This document shows, piece by piece, positions 37,875 through 48,289 of a stretch of 50,784 nt of DNA. The position numbers and the translations under genes were made by a program. The first letter of the stretch is position 1. Each line of letters opens with the position of its first letter. The notes under the pieces were generated by a model. That model saw only the letters and a list, made by a program, of their open reading frames with translations. It did not search any database and was not told where the DNA came from. The stretch comes from a virus (taxonomy: Duplodnaviria > Caudoviricetes): positions 1 through 50,784 of the IMG/VR virus record IMGVR_UViG_3300037424_001831. The stretch is one strand, 5' to 3'.

Positions 37875-38744
37875 TTATCTATTTTTTACCTCAAAAACCC
37901 AGTCTATTAGGTTTTTCTCAGCTTTCCAACCTAATATCTCTTCGGTATCAGAATAGAACTCTTCAGAAGTAAATCGTTCTCCACGTCTTTCAGGAATTAA
38001 TTCCCAATTATCTCCAGAAAACATCTTGGCAACATCAATTATAGATTCATTTTTCCCTGAGCGAAGATGCCATTCTTTATTCAAATTCAAATGAGTTGTC
38101 ATCTCAACTCCACGAACAATGTCATCTACATGAGTAAAATCTCTTGATTGAGTCCCTGGGCTGACAACTGTAAGCTTTTTTCCCTCATGTAATTGTCTCT
38201 CAAAAATACCAATAACAGTAGCATAGTCTCCGCTCATAATTTGGCCAGGTCCATACACATTAAAAAAGTAGCAAATCTCATACTGAAGTCTGAACCAATC
38301 GTGATAGTTTTTTATAAGCTCTACCATTTTAGCTTTAGCCCAAGAATATGGACTTAGGTTTTCATCGGCCCCATTATTTCCAAATTTAGAACTACTTGCT
38401 GAATAGATTAACTTTGCATCCTTTTCAAGGCAATATTGGAGGACTTCGCTGGTTCCATACAAATTTGCTTTCATCACATATTTCCTGTCATCAAAAGATT
38501 TAACAATCCTTGAGTATTCTCCAAAATGAAATACGATGTCTGGGTTAAATTCTGTTGTAAAAATTATGCCATTTATATCCCAAGTATTAACATGATAATA
38601 CTCGACTCCCTCAATGTGATTATTTTTACTCCCAGTAAAGTAATTGTCAATTCCTCTTATTTCCCAACTTGGATGGGTTTTTCTAAGGTGTTTGATTAAA
38701 TTGGTCCCAACAAAACCTGCAGCTCCAGTTACGAGTACTCTCAT
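37875..38744 (-). CDS. NAD-dependent sugar epimerase/dehydratase (extended SDR)
   Basis: [27 protein letters not shown]. Confidence 0.85.
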   Translation of the reverse strand: MRVLVTGAAGFVGTNLIKHLRKTHPSWEIRGIDNYFTGSKNNHIEGVEYYHVNTWDINGIIFTTEFNPDIVFHFGEYSRIVKSFDDRKYVMKANLYGTSEVLQYCLEKDAKLIYSASSSKFGNNGADENLSPYSWAKAKMVELIKNYHDWFRLQYEICYFFNVYGPGQIMSGDYATVIGIFERQLHEGKKLTVVSPGTQSRDFTHVDDIVRGVEMTTHLNLNKEWHLRSGKNESIIDVAKMFSGDNWELIPERRGERFTSEEFYSDTEEILGWKAEKNLIDWVFEVKNR

Positions 38745-39802
38745 TCGTGCTCTAAGTCATATTTTACCATTCTCTCAACAAGTTCATCAAGGTCAATCTT
38801 TGCCTCCCAACCAAGAACAGCCTTAGCTTTTGATGGGTCTCCAATTAATCTATCAACCTCTGCAGGTCTAAAATACTTAGGGTCAACATCAACAAGTAGT
38901 TTCCCTGTTTTTTTATCGTAACCCTTTTCATTAACTCCCTCGCCTCTCCATTCAATTTCCCAACCAAGGTGTTTGGCGGTCATTTCAATGAATGTTCGAA
39001 CCTTATAAGTTCTACCAGTAGCAAGAACAAAATCTTCAGGCTTATCCTGCTGAAGCATTCTCCACATACCTTCAACATACTCTTTAGCATGCCCCCAATC
39101 TCTCTCAGCATCCATATTACCTATCTTCAACACATCACGCTTACCCTTTTTTATTTGAACCATGTTGGTTGTAATCTTCCTTGTGACAAAAGTCTTTCCT
39201 CTTCTCTCACTCTCATGATTAAAAAGAATACCATTACATGCAAACAAATTATATGATTCACGATAGTTCTTGATAATCCAAAAACCATAAAGCTTAGCAA
39301 CTCCGTAAGGACTTCTTGGATGGAATGGTGTATTCTCATCGTAGAAACCTTCGTTGTTCTTGTTGTATTCAAGGCCTCCATAGAGTTCGGATGTAGAGGC
39401 TTGATAGAATTTTGCCTTAGGACAATGAGCTCTCATTGCCTCTAATATCGTAAGAGTCCCAGTTGCATCAACTTGTGCTGTGTAGTGAGGGACTTCAAAT
39501 GATACCTTAACGTGAGATTGTGCTGCAAGGTTATAAATTTCATCTGGTTGTACCTCAGAAATTATTCTCATTATATTTGTTGGGTCAGTGATGTCACCGT
39601 GGTGCAAATACAAATTTGGATGGTCCATGATGTGGTCAATTCTCTCCGTATTGAATGTACTGGCTCTTCTAATAATTGCATGCACAACATAACCCTTGTC
39701 AAGCAAAAGCTCTGCAAGATAGCTTCCATCCTGCCCTGTAATTCCTGTTAGGAAAGCTGTTTTTAAGGAACCACTTCCATCGCTATATAATAATCTGCTC
39801 AT
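38741..39802 (-). CDS. gmd: GDP-mannose 4,6-dehydratase
   Basis: [60 protein letters not shown]; start set at ATG 39802. Confidence 0.95.
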   Translation of the reverse strand: MSRLLYSDGSGSLKTAFLTGITGQDGSYLAELLLDKGYVVHAIIRRASTFNTERIDHIMDHPNLYLHHGDITDPTNIMRIISEVQPDEIYNLAAQSHVKVSFEVPHYTAQVDATGTLTILEAMRAHCPKAKFYQASTSELYGGLEYNKNNEGFYDENTPFHPRSPYGVAKLYGFWIIKNYRESYNLFACNGILFNHESERRGKTFVTRKITTNMVQIKKGKRDVLKIGNMDAERDWGHAKEYVEGMWRMLQQDKPEDFVLATGRTYKVRTFIEMTAKHLGWEIEWRGEGVNEKGYDKKTGKLLVDVDPKYFRPAEVDRLIGDPSKAKAVLGWEAKIDLDELVERMVKYDLEHE

Positions 39803-39803
39803 C

Positions 39804-39962
39804 TTAAAATTTTTTTCCAAATATGTCAATACCTTTTGCGTGACTTAGCAATCCAATATGTATTGTTATAAAGGGTAGGTTGATGTCTATCGAGTAACTA
39901 TCAACCTTAATCATTAAGCCTATCTGCCAATGTGCGTACATTGAAAATCTGTATTGTCCCAT
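39804..39962 (-). CDS. 52-aa hypothetical protein (not in the ORF track)
   Basis: [52 protein letters not shown]; TAATG-coupled to the upstream gene and exactly fills the gap to gmd. Confidence 0.55.
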   Translation of the reverse strand: MGQYRFSMYAHWQIGLMIKVDSYSIDINLPFITIHIGLLSHAKGIDIFGKKF

Positions 39963-41149
39963 TACTTAATTGCGTCAATTACTGTTTTACAAATGAATTC
40001 TATTTCATCTTTACCAAGCTTAGGGTGATTAGGAACATAAATCCCACACTCATCAACTGTAGATGCATTAAGAGTTTCGTGTCTGCCATATCTACTTACG
40101 AAAAAAGGTTGAGTTCCCATAGAGCCGCAAATAAGCGGCCTTGTCTCAACATCGTTTTCTATCAAAGCTTTAACTGCCTTATCCTTATCTTTTTTGTTTT
40201 GAAAAATCATTGGATAGCAAAAGGATGCTGTAAAAGAATCTTTGTGTTCAGTTGGTGTCCAAACTCTCTTTTTTTTGTCGTAAGATTTCATGGTATCCTG
40301 GAAGTGGTAGAAGTTTTCGTTTCTTGTATCAATCATCCCATCAACCTTTCCAAGTTGACCAATCCCAATTACCGCTTGAAGGTCTGTTGAGCGAACATTA
40401 AATCCTGGTTCATAGAAAGTATAAAGAGCGGAAAAATCGTCAATTCCCCACTTAGCTCTCAATTTTTTTTGCGTTTCTTCGTCAAGGTCTCTATCCCACC
40501 CATGACTTCTAAGCATTTTCAATAGATTGTAAACATCTGTATCATTTGTACAAATCATTCCACCCTCAATTGTACTCATTGTATGTCCGAAGTAAGTTGA
40601 GAAAGCTGACATGAGCCCGAAGTTTCCAAGTTTCTTTCCTTTAAATTCTGTACCCTGTGACTCACAGTTATCTTCAAGAAGGATAACCCCGTGTTTCTGA
40701 CAAAGCTCAACAATCTTATCCATATCTGGAGAAAGACCAAGAACGGATACCAAAATCATTGCTGCTGGTTTATGGTATTTGAATATTGACTCAAGCTGCC
40801 CTGTGTCAACAGCGAGATTTTGTAAGTTACAATCACAGATAAGTGGGTCGAATCCAAACTGAATGACAGGAGCCATGTCAGTTGCCCAAGCAAGAGCTGG
40901 AACCACTATTTTTTCATTTCTGAGATTTCCCATCACCTTAAGAGCATAAAGCATAAGAAGGTTGGCTGAGGAACCAGAATTTACAAACACACTATGTTTA
41001 CAGCCAATCCAATCAGACCACATTCTCTCAAACTCAATAGTCTTAGGCCCTTTGGTAAGTCTTGGGTAGGTTTTAAGCCACTCAATTAAGTTGTCCACAT
41101 CGTCTTTGTCGATGGTATCTTTAACAAGGGTGATTTTCTCTTTTATCAT
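39962..41149 (-). CDS. colD: PLP-dependent GDP-4-keto-6-deoxy-D-mannose 3-dehydratase (ColD-like, DegT family)
   Basis: VNSGSSANL, LEDNCES, and FSTYFGHTMSTIEGG with His at the usual Schiff-base Lys position; RSHGW; flanked by gmd and fcl-like genes. Confidence 0.75.
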   Translation of the reverse strand: MIKEKITLVKDTIDKDDVDNLIEWLKTYPRLTKGPKTIEFERMWSDWIGCKHSVFVNSGSSANLLMLYALKVMGNLRNEKIVVPALAWATDMAPVIQFGFDPLICDCNLQNLAVDTGQLESIFKYHKPAAMILVSVLGLSPDMDKIVELCQKHGVILLEDNCESQGTEFKGKKLGNFGLMSAFSTYFGHTMSTIEGGMICTNDTDVYNLLKMLRSHGWDRDLDEETQKKLRAKWGIDDFSALYTFYEPGFNVRSTDLQAVIGIGQLGKVDGMIDTRNENFYHFQDTMKSYDKKKRVWTPTEHKDSFTASFCYPMIFQNKKDKDKAVKALIENDVETRPLICGSMGTQPFFVSRYGRHETLNASTVDECGIYVPNHPKLGKDEIEFICKTVIDAIK

Positions 41150-41193
41150 CTTTCATATCATTTTACTAATAATATGAAAATGAAACATAATAA

Positions 41194-42117
41194 TCAAGTT
41201 GTTTGTTTCCAGGTTTGTTGTAAAATAGAATAAGTTGAACCTATTCCATGATAAAGTCTTGTGGCTTTAAATTCTGGGAGCAAACTATTCATCTTATCAA
41301 TAGAGACATCCTTTCTAAATTGTCCATCTGGCTTCGATGTATCATACTCAATTTTAAGATGAGTTGCATCACACACTCTAAGAGCTGTTCTTGCAATGTC
41401 ATCAATAGAAACATTTTGTTCGGTAGCAACATTAAAGCTATCATATATTTCTTCGTCAAGACATCTCTTTATAACTTTTGCAAGGTCACTTGAGTGCATA
41501 AACTGTCTAAGTGGAGTACCCGTTCCAAAGAGAGTTATTTTCTCATCACCATTAACTTTTGCTACATGAATCTTTTTTATTAGAGCTGCAACAAAGTGAC
41601 TGTTTTCTCCAAATTTATCATACTCACCATAAAGATTGCATGGAGTTAGGTATTGATACTTTGTTCCATACTGTTTGTTGTAAGCATCAATCTGAACTGC
41701 AAGACTACGCTTAGCGTATCCATATGAAAAATTAGTTGGAGTTGGCGGTCCCTGGTGCAACATATCTTCGGTCATTGGATAGTTGCCAACTTGGTCTGGG
41801 TAAATGCATGTACTCAATATTCCAATAAACCTCTCAACACCAGTGTGTCTTGCGTACTCAACAAGAAGGGTGTTCATCAAAACGTTGTCTGTAAAGTATT
41901 CTCCAGGCTTATTAATGTTGTCTATAATTCCACCCACTTTTGCTGCAAGGTGTATTACTGTGTGTGGCTTGTGGTCGTGATACATTTGAGCTACACCTCT
42001 TTCTGAAGTGAGGTCATAATCTGAAGAAGATAGGTAGATAGCGTTTGGCATGATTCTCTTTAGAGACTTGCCGACCATCCCACTTCCTCCTGTAACTACA
42101 ATTTTATTTTTCTCCAT
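41194..42117 (-). CDS. fcl: GDP-L-fucose/colitose synthase (epimerase-reductase)
   Basis: TGGSGMVG, HLAAKVGGI, STCIYP, YGYAKR, PCNLYG, HFVAALI, GTGTPLRQF, KPDGQ; start set at ATG 42117. Confidence 0.88.
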   Translation of the reverse strand: MEKNKIVVTGGSGMVGKSLKRIMPNAIYLSSSDYDLTSERGVAQMYHDHKPHTVIHLAAKVGGIIDNINKPGEYFTDNVLMNTLLVEYARHTGVERFIGILSTCIYPDQVGNYPMTEDMLHQGPPTPTNFSYGYAKRSLAVQIDAYNKQYGTKYQYLTPCNLYGEYDKFGENSHFVAALIKKIHVAKVNGDEKITLFGTGTPLRQFMHSSDLAKVIKRCLDEEIYDSFNVATEQNVSIDDIARTALRVCDATHLKIEYDTSKPDGQFRKDVSIDKMNSLLPEFKATRLYHGIGSTYSILQQTWKQTT

Positions 42118-42742
42118 TTCTAATTCTATTATAAAGTTCAAAGTCTTCTTTGTACAAATTCTTAATCCTGTTCATTAAGTTCTCATCTTTCTTGATTAAC
42201 TCCAAGGCTTTAGCAGACCTTGAATGGTTTCCTTTTTGCTTGTGCTCCAACTTAGAGTTTATATCATATTCTTCGCACATTTTTGCAAAATCAGTACTCA
42301 GCCTCTCAAATACAAGCACTTTGTCAAACTTAAAATCTTTACCATTTTTATCACAAAAATAGGCTACTTGTGGTGCTGTATGAACTTCGGTAAAGCCATC
42401 CTTCTCAATAATATCAATAAATGATGTTATTAACTTAGGAATATCACTCACAGATTTTAAATCTCTTATATTTTTAGGTGATTCTCCTCTTTTTATACCT
42501 TCAAAAACACCAGACACAAATCTGTTAAGTGGGTCCCGAACAATTGTAAAAGTTCGATAATCTCTTTTTTCTTCAGGTAAATTTCCCATATAAATAATGG
42601 AACTTTGACCATGCTTTGCTATGTTCATAAAATGGCGCATACTTGTTGATGCTGTCTTTGGAATTCCGACATAAATTAATTTGTAATCAGGGGATGCCCA
42701 TCCGAGACCATTATGACCTATCACTTTTTCTCCGTAATTCAT
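42104..42742 (-). CDS. Sulfotransferase (Sulfotransfer_2 family)
   Basis: PAPS-binding motifs IPKTASTS and FTIVRDPLNRFVS. Confidence 0.8.
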   Translation of the reverse strand: MNYGEKVIGHNGLGWASPDYKLIYVGIPKTASTSMRHFMNIAKHGQSSIIYMGNLPEEKRDYRTFTIVRDPLNRFVSGVFEGIKRGESPKNIRDLKSVSDIPKLITSFIDIIEKDGFTEVHTAPQVAYFCDKNGKDFKFDKVLVFERLSTDFAKMCEEYDINSKLEHKQKGNHSRSAKALELIKKDENLMNRIKNLYKEDFELYNRIRNGEK

Positions 42743-42744
42743 CT

Positions 42745-43527
42745 TTAAATCTTAATCCAACCTTCGCAATAAAGGTCATTTGTATTATAACCTGCATATG
42801 CAGGTCCAAACCACTCATTTGGAGCAACAACAATCTTATCCAAATTATTGTTAAGCCAAGCTCCCCACCACGAAAATGTTGAGTTGCAAATAATGTTGTT
42901 CTTACAATGACTCATAATATATAAATCTTCATAATCCTTGTTACCTTCTATGAATCTGAATTTCTCTGGAAGGTCTGGAAAATTATGCTTACACCATTTA
43001 ATGTCATCGGAAAATATAAGAAAAACTGAATCCTTTGGCATTTTCTTTATTGCCTTCATGAAGTAATTCATATCCTGAACTGGGTGATTATTTGGATACT
43101 TCAAGAAATCGCCTCTTCTAATATGAATTGAGCATGTATTTTCATTATTGAGTAATTCTTTGAGTTCATCGCTTAAATCAACATCATACGACATGAACAT
43201 ATTTCTTATGTCATCTTCACAATCCTTAAAGTATTTCTCTGACTGAAAATATCCAGTCAGAAGGAGGTTTCCAGGATACTCTGGAAGCTCTTGGTAGTGA
43301 AATACCTGCTCCTGGTATTGTGCTCTTGGGCCAGATGGTGTCTTATATAAATCAATATCCTTAAAAATATTGTTGTTGTATGTTGTTACATGCTGATGTG
43401 GCCCTGATGATTCCTGGCAATTAAACCCAGCTGTCCTGCCATACCTCTTGGCATAAGCGTATGCAGCCGCAACTTGGAACATATAGTTTCCAAGACCTCC
43501 CATTAATATTGCTGAAACTTCTTTCAT
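42745..43527 (-). CDS. GT11 alpha-1,2-fucosyl/colitosyltransferase
   Basis: GGLGNYMFQ, GYFQSEKYF, HIRRGDF, NSTFSWWGAWL. Confidence 0.9.
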   Translation of the reverse strand: MKEVSAILMGGLGNYMFQVAAAYAYAKRYGRTAGFNCQESSGPHQHVTTYNNNIFKDIDLYKTPSGPRAQYQEQVFHYQELPEYPGNLLLTGYFQSEKYFKDCEDDIRNMFMSYDVDLSDELKELLNNENTCSIHIRRGDFLKYPNNHPVQDMNYFMKAIKKMPKDSVFLIFSDDIKWCKHNFPDLPEKFRFIEGNKDYEDLYIMSHCKNNIICNSTFSWWGAWLNNNLDKIVVAPNEWFGPAYAGYNTNDLYCEGWIKI

Positions 43528-44621
43528 TTTAATAACCCTTTCTTTCTAAATTCATCCAAAGAATTCTCGTAGTCATTATAAGAAATTTCCCCCTTAGAAT
43601 CAACCCAATCAACAAATTTTTGAATTCCTTCATCAAAAGAAACCTTAGGTTCAAACCCAATTTTTCTAATCTTAGAAATATCTGCAAAATTATGTCTGAT
43701 GTCGCCCTTCATACTTTCTCCAGTAATATTGATGTTAGAGCTTGAATCATATTTCTCCTTGAGAGTCTGGGCCACCTTAAGGACTGTTGTTGGAACTCCA
43801 GAACCAACATTAAACACTTCTCCGTTTGCAAAATCACTTTCAATGGCCAACACAATACTATCAACTACATCATCAATGTAAACGAAATCCCTCGACATCA
43901 TTCCATCCCCGAAAACCTGAATGTCTTTTCCATTTTTAAGTGCCGTTGAGAATATTGATAGTATCCCCGTATATGGGTTTTTAAGAGATTGACCAGGACC
44001 ATAAACATTTTGAAACCTTAAGGCGCAAACTGGAGTATCTGGAAAGCCTGTAAATAAAATTTGTTCCTGTGCTAACTTTGTGATAGCATAGATGGAGCGT
44101 GGGTCTTTATCATCTGTCTCTTTGGTTGCAATTGGATTTCCGTCTTCATCCAAATTCGCCTCACCATAGACAGCTCTTGATGATGCGAGAATAACTTTCT
44201 TGGTCTTAATCGGCCCATCCATAAACATTAAAACTTCGCTACCATCTCTATCTTTGTGAATACATGTAATCAACTCTTTGTTTTTTCCTTTAATCAAAAG
44301 GTCGTTTAAAGCGGCTATAGTTCCAATATTGGTGTTACAATATCTTTGAGCCTCAAACATTGATTGCCCAGTTCCAGTCTCTGCAGCAAGGCAAATAATT
44401 GCATCAAATTCACCTTGTCTTAAAATACCCTGTGTTCCCCATGTAGTAGCAGCATCTCCATTAACAAAATGATATACGAGGTCAGAAATTTCGCTTCTCT
44501 CTCTACCATGTACTTGTGGAGACATGTTATCAAGTACAAAAACCTTGTGACCATCTTTCACAAGGCGTTTGCATAAGTGGGAGCCAATGAATCCTGCTCC
44601 ACCTGTTATCATTATATTCAT
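43524..44621 (-). CDS. NAD-dependent epimerase/dehydratase
   Basis: TGGAGFIGSHL, LAAETGTGQSM, YAITK, NVYGPGQSLKNPYTG. Confidence 0.85.
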   Translation of the reverse strand: MNIMITGGAGFIGSHLCKRLVKDGHKVFVLDNMSPQVHGRERSEISDLVYHFVNGDAATTWGTQGILRQGEFDAIICLAAETGTGQSMFEAQRYCNTNIGTIAALNDLLIKGKNKELITCIHKDRDGSEVLMFMDGPIKTKKVILASSRAVYGEANLDEDGNPIATKETDDKDPRSIYAITKLAQEQILFTGFPDTPVCALRFQNVYGPGQSLKNPYTGILSIFSTALKNGKDIQVFGDGMMSRDFVYIDDVVDSIVLAIESDFANGEVFNVGSGVPTTVLKVAQTLKEKYDSSSNINITGESMKGDIRHNFADISKIRKIGFEPKVSFDEGIQKFVDWVDSKGEISYNDYENSLDEFRKKGLLK

Positions 44622-45319
44622 TATTTTTTAATAAAAAGTGCAAGTTTGTTTGGACCATACATAGTTTCTGGCAAGTCGTACATTATGCAATCCTTAATAT
44701 TTTCATTCAAGTAAGCCATCTCATCTGATGTCATAAACTCACTCTTCACATCTTTTGTCTTAATGTAGTTCTCAATAACATTAACCGTAGTGTTGCTTCT
44801 GTCAGCATTTATGTCGAGAGGTTGTCCGTATAAATCTTTAAACCCATTGTGTGGCCAAAAGGATGTGTGAAGGTCTTCTATGAAATATAACCCACCGCTC
44901 TTTAGGTGTTTAAACATGTATCCAAGGCTTATTTGTTGTTGCCCCATCATATGGCCACCATCATCAATTATAATGTCAAATTCCCCAGCTGCATCAACAA
45001 CTCTCTGAAGGTCTTCACGCTTTGTTTGATTTGCGATGTAAGTGGTAACCCTATTTGTGTCGTGTTGTTTACTATTAACAATATCAATTGCATGAATTTT
45101 TGCCTTAGAAAAATACTCTGGCCACATCTTAAGAGAAGGGCCAGAACCGATACCTATTTCCAAAAAATTAATATCCATATCTCTAATTGGTTCCATATAT
45201 TTATTATACACAGTAGTGAAGTGTAATCTTGGTCCATGGTGACCTATGGCTGGAGCAATAGTCCCTTTATCTGATGCGTACTTATTTGCAAGTGCGCTTA
45301 GTGCGTCAGTTTCTTTCAT
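44621..45319 (-). CDS. Class I SAM-dependent (sugar O-)methyltransferase-like protein
   Basis: SDK, LEIGIGSG, DIIIDDGGH and GGLYFIEDL (MycE/TylE-like pattern). Confidence 0.75.
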   Translation of the reverse strand: MKETDALSALANKYASDKGTIAPAIGHHGPRLHFTTVYNKYMEPIRDMDINFLEIGIGSGPSLKMWPEYFSKAKIHAIDIVNSKQHDTNRVTTYIANQTKREDLQRVVDAAGEFDIIIDDGGHMMGQQQISLGYMFKHLKSGGLYFIEDLHTSFWPHNGFKDLYGQPLDINADRSNTTVNVIENYIKTKDVKSEFMTSDEMAYLNENIKDCIMYDLPETMYGPNKLALFIKK

Positions 45320-46002
45320 TGTATTTTTAATTTAAGATATTCTCTCTCTTGTTTTTCTTTATTCTTGTCAATCCAGCCACTCACCTGCTCATCATGCATT
45401 CTAATGGTAATATAAACATTTTTTTCATCACCAACAATAATTGGAGAACCATATTTTCTATTAAGTCTCTGGTGCATGTCATGGTCATTGATGATAATAA
45501 GATTTTCATCAAATAATTCTGGATTCTCTTTATCTAACTTAAAAAAGGATACACTTGGGCATCCTATCACTGTTTCCATACTTGGAACAATTATTCTTCT
45601 AACCCCAGGATTTTTACCTGTCTCATAGTTGTGATTAAATACTACAGCTCCCCACTTGGCATTAGGATTTCCTTCCAGACTATTTGCGATATGCTCAAGC
45701 GTTAGTGGATTAGTCATAACATCATCCATGTGCATCACTTTAATTACGTCACCAGTCGCTCTCTTGATTCCTTCATTCATGTTAATGGAACTATTTCCTT
45801 TGCCTCTGTTATTATAAAAATGATTAATGTTTAAGCTATATTTTTTGCACAAATTTTCTACTTCCTTATTTGATGAGTGGTCTGCAACAATAATCTCATA
45901 ATCTTTATGAGTTTGATTGGAGATACTATCAAACAACTCAGTCATAAGAACAACTGCACGACCTTTTGCTTCATAAGCTGGTATAACTATTGAGAATTTC
46001 AT
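45316..46002 (-). CDS. GT2 glycosyltransferase
   Basis: FSIVIPAY, YEIIVAD, NEGIKRATGD, MHMDD. Confidence 0.82.
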   Translation of the reverse strand: MKFSIVIPAYEAKGRAVVLMTELFDSISNQTHKDYEIIVADHSSNKEVENLCKKYSLNINHFYNNRGKGNSSINMNEGIKRATGDVIKVMHMDDVMTNPLTLEHIANSLEGNPNAKWGAVVFNHNYETGKNPGVRRIIVPSMETVIGCPSVSFFKLDKENPELFDENLIIINDHDMHQRLNRKYGSPIIVGDEKNVYITIRMHDEQVSGWIDKNKEKQEREYLKLKIQ

Positions 46003-46796
46003 ATGATTTCTGAAATTTTATTCTTAAGAACAATTGAAATATCAGAAAGCTCAAGGCCTCTCTTATAATTTTCTTCGATATAAGGAAGCATATTCTCGTA
46101 TGTATTCTCACTTAAGTTATTACAAGCATCAATAATTTCATCTACATTATCGACAATTATAAATCCTCTTGTATCAAACCAGTCACCAACATTAGGGCAA
46201 CCACAATAAATCGGAACTGTTTTTGTCACCATGCAATCAACTAACTTCTCTGTAAACCAATTTAATCTCTTAACATTTTCTATACAGATGTGAAATTGAC
46301 TATCAAATAAAGGTTTTTTATCAGCGCCAAGAACTGGATTATTGTTGTAGTTCTCTATTCCACCAAAATTACCACTCAAGAAAAAATTTTTTGGAGCTTT
46401 AATCTTATTTTCTCTAAACCAAAGTTTTTGTCTAAGGTGATGACCTGGGGCCATAAGTTTTCCGCCAACAAGAGTTGATACGGAGAATGATTTCTCAGGA
46501 AACTCATAGTTCTTAATCCAGGTAGATGCAAGTGGCATTACAAATGACTTTCCAGGTATAGCATCAAGTAATTCTTGGTTGTGTGTGAACAAGTAATCAA
46601 ATGTACCAGAATTAAATGCATTCAATGCGTGTTGAGTAAGGTTTAAAATTTCGGGTGGTTCTAACAAATACACAAATCTAATTGTTCCACTTGGAACCTG
46701 GTCTCTTGGAATTTGGTCAACATATAATTCAATCTGCTTATCATGCTCAAGGTCAATTTCCAAATCCCAGCCGCAATATATTTTTATTTTCTTCAT
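45999..46796 (-). CDS. GT10-like (alpha-1,3/4-fucosyltransferase fold) glycosyltransferase
   Basis: FHICIEN...FTEKLVDC...TVPIYCG matches the alpha-1,3-FucT motif. Confidence 0.72.
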   Translation of the reverse strand: MKKIKIYCGWDLEIDLEHDKQIELYVDQIPRDQVPSGTIRFVYLLEPPEILNLTQHALNAFNSGTFDYLFTHNQELLDAIPGKSFVMPLASTWIKNYEFPEKSFSVSTLVGGKLMAPGHHLRQKLWFRENKIKAPKNFFLSGNFGGIENYNNNPVLGADKKPLFDSQFHICIENVKRLNWFTEKLVDCMVTKTVPIYCGCPNVGDWFDTRGFIIVDNVDEIIDACNNLSENTYENMLPYIEENYKRGLELSDISIVLKNKISEII

Positions 46797-46952
46797 TTAG
46801 AAATATTGTTTAATCAGTTCGTAGTCTTCTTGTTCGTACTCAAAATCAAGGTCTTCATCATAAAATACCTTCATATATAGCGAGAATCTTTTTTTTGCCC
46901 ATTCAGTATAAGTCTCAGGGACACTTCCGTTTCCGTTGTAGTAAAAATTCAT
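46797..46952 (-). pseudogene. Orphan glycosyltransferase C-terminus (51-aa ORF), paralogous to the end of 48310..49200
   Basis: MNFYYNGNGSVPETYTEWAKKRFSLYMKVFYDEDLDFEYEQEDYELIKQYF aligns without gaps, 25/51 identical by hand count; ATGA-coupled upstream and abuts the next ATG. Confidence 0.75.
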
Positions 46953-47164
46953 TCTTCATTCAACTTAACTGCAATTCTTGCCTTAGTTCTATTTGCCATC
47001 GTAAGCAACGCTGCTGAATATCCAGCATAAACATCGTTTATCATTTCAGAATCGCTCTTTTCTTTTTTCTTGTCTTCGCCTATTTGTTCCATTTCATTAA
47101 CCAAATTAACTAATAATTCTATCACCTCTTTTTTGCCAAGCGTTTCCAGGTCTTTATAATTCAT
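46949..47164 (-). CDS. 71-aa helical hypothetical protein within the endonuclease cassette
   Basis: ATGA overlaps on both sides. Confidence 0.6.
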   Translation of the reverse strand: MNYKDLETLGKKEVIELLVNLVNEMEQIGEDKKKEKSDSEMINDVYAGYSAALLTMANRTKARIAVKLNEE

Positions 47165-48135
47165 ATCTTTAATTTTTTGATGTATTCATTTTCACTACTC
47201 TGAAATCCGAGTTTTACCGAAGCTTTGACTAATCCTCCATGATGATTTTGGATTCCCCTAAGAAGTGCTCCCATATTATTTTCCTTAAGATACTTGTAAG
47301 TTGGAAATGCGCCCAGACTTTCACAGATAGTAATTAATTCCATCTCCACATTGTTCCAATCTTTCCAATAATTATATGGTTTAACATCTATTTCAAAACC
47401 AAGCTCTTTAGAAATGTCAGACATACTCAATTTATTGTTCCATATAAAAATCACATGTCTTTTAAAGCTATTTTCAATCCACCACCTTTGCGCAGGAAGC
47501 TTATCGAATCCACGATTTATACACTCGTCACGCATTTCTGATAAAATCATATTTTTATCGTAAGAATCGAACTCTAAAAGTTTATTGACATTCGCATCAT
47601 ATGAATTATTAACCATGATACCATGACTTCTAAAAATAGAAACTAACTCATTGTTTATTTCTTGCAAAGACTTTTTGAATAATTTTCTATCTAATCCAAT
47701 AAGACTTAAATTCTCAGATTCATACACAGCTTCCTTAAGTAATTTTGTCTTGTTATATTCTTTGTTTCTCAATCCCCAAATTTCTATATAAAAACCTTCA
47801 ACTTTAAAATCAAATAAGTAATTATAGTTATCTGAAATTTTCCCTTCATACTCATAGTCCAGGTCATTCAAATAAAGGAAGTTATCTAATATAACTTCGT
47901 ATGTTGACTTTACTATATTTCCAGATGGAGTCTTAAGTTGACTTGATGTATTAAATCCAAGTTTTTTAGAAACTTCAACCAAACCTCCATGAAGTTTTAG
48001 AGCGTGATTAAGACCTTTTATCTCTAAAACCTCACGAGTAGTTAACATTCTCCCAAGTTCATTACACTTCGGCAGTAAAAACTCTTTTAAAGTTTCAAAA
48101 TCATTCCAATGTCCATTAGCTCTTTTTTTCATCAT
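47161..48135 (-). CDS. PD-(D/E)XK-type putative homing endonuclease with repeated helical DNA-binding modules
   Basis: STYE..LDNFL...YEYE...LFDFKVEGFYIEIWG nuclease core; repeated units HWNDFETL...HGGLVEVSKKLGF and YWKDWNNV...HGGLVKASVKLGF; start set at ATG 48135. Confidence 0.7.
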   Translation of the reverse strand: MMKKRANGHWNDFETLKEFLLPKCNELGRMLTTREVLEIKGLNHALKLHGGLVEVSKKLGFNTSSQLKTPSGNIVKSTYEVILDNFLYLNDLDYEYEGKISDNYNYLFDFKVEGFYIEIWGLRNKEYNKTKLLKEAVYESENLSLIGLDRKLFKKSLQEINNELVSIFRSHGIMVNNSYDANVNKLLEFDSYDKNMILSEMRDECINRGFDKLPAQRWWIENSFKRHVIFIWNNKLSMSDISKELGFEIDVKPYNYWKDWNNVEMELITICESLGAFPTYKYLKENNMGALLRGIQNHHGGLVKASVKLGFQSSENEYIKKLKI

Positions 48136-48274
48136 TTTTCTTTTGACCTTCAATCCACTTGGAAATGAGCAATTCAACAAGACGAGATTTATTTATTGCA
48201 ACCTTAGATGCAAACTCTTCAAACTCTTCAAGAACAGAGTTAGATATATTATATGTTGCTCTCTTTTTATTCAC
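48116..48274 (-). CDS. Ribbon-helix-helix (CopG/Arc-like) DNA-binding protein, 52 aa (not in the ORF track)
   Basis: GTG start; MNKKRATYNISNSVLEEFEEFASKVAINKSRLVELLISKWIEGQKKNDEKKS shows the beta-strand, helix, NKS-helix RHH pattern; overlaps the endonuclease start. Confidence 0.7.
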   Translation of the reverse strand: MNKKRATYNISNSVLEEFEEFASKVAINKSRLVELLISKWIEGQKKNDEKKS

Positions 48275-48289
48275 TTTTATTCCCTTTTA

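Noticed and set aside
48136-48180. Longer track starts for several ORFs (48180, 49290, 42141, 39829, 31991, 3161)
   Set aside because: These extensions overlap upstream genes or terminators; internal ATGs at domain boundaries fit better.
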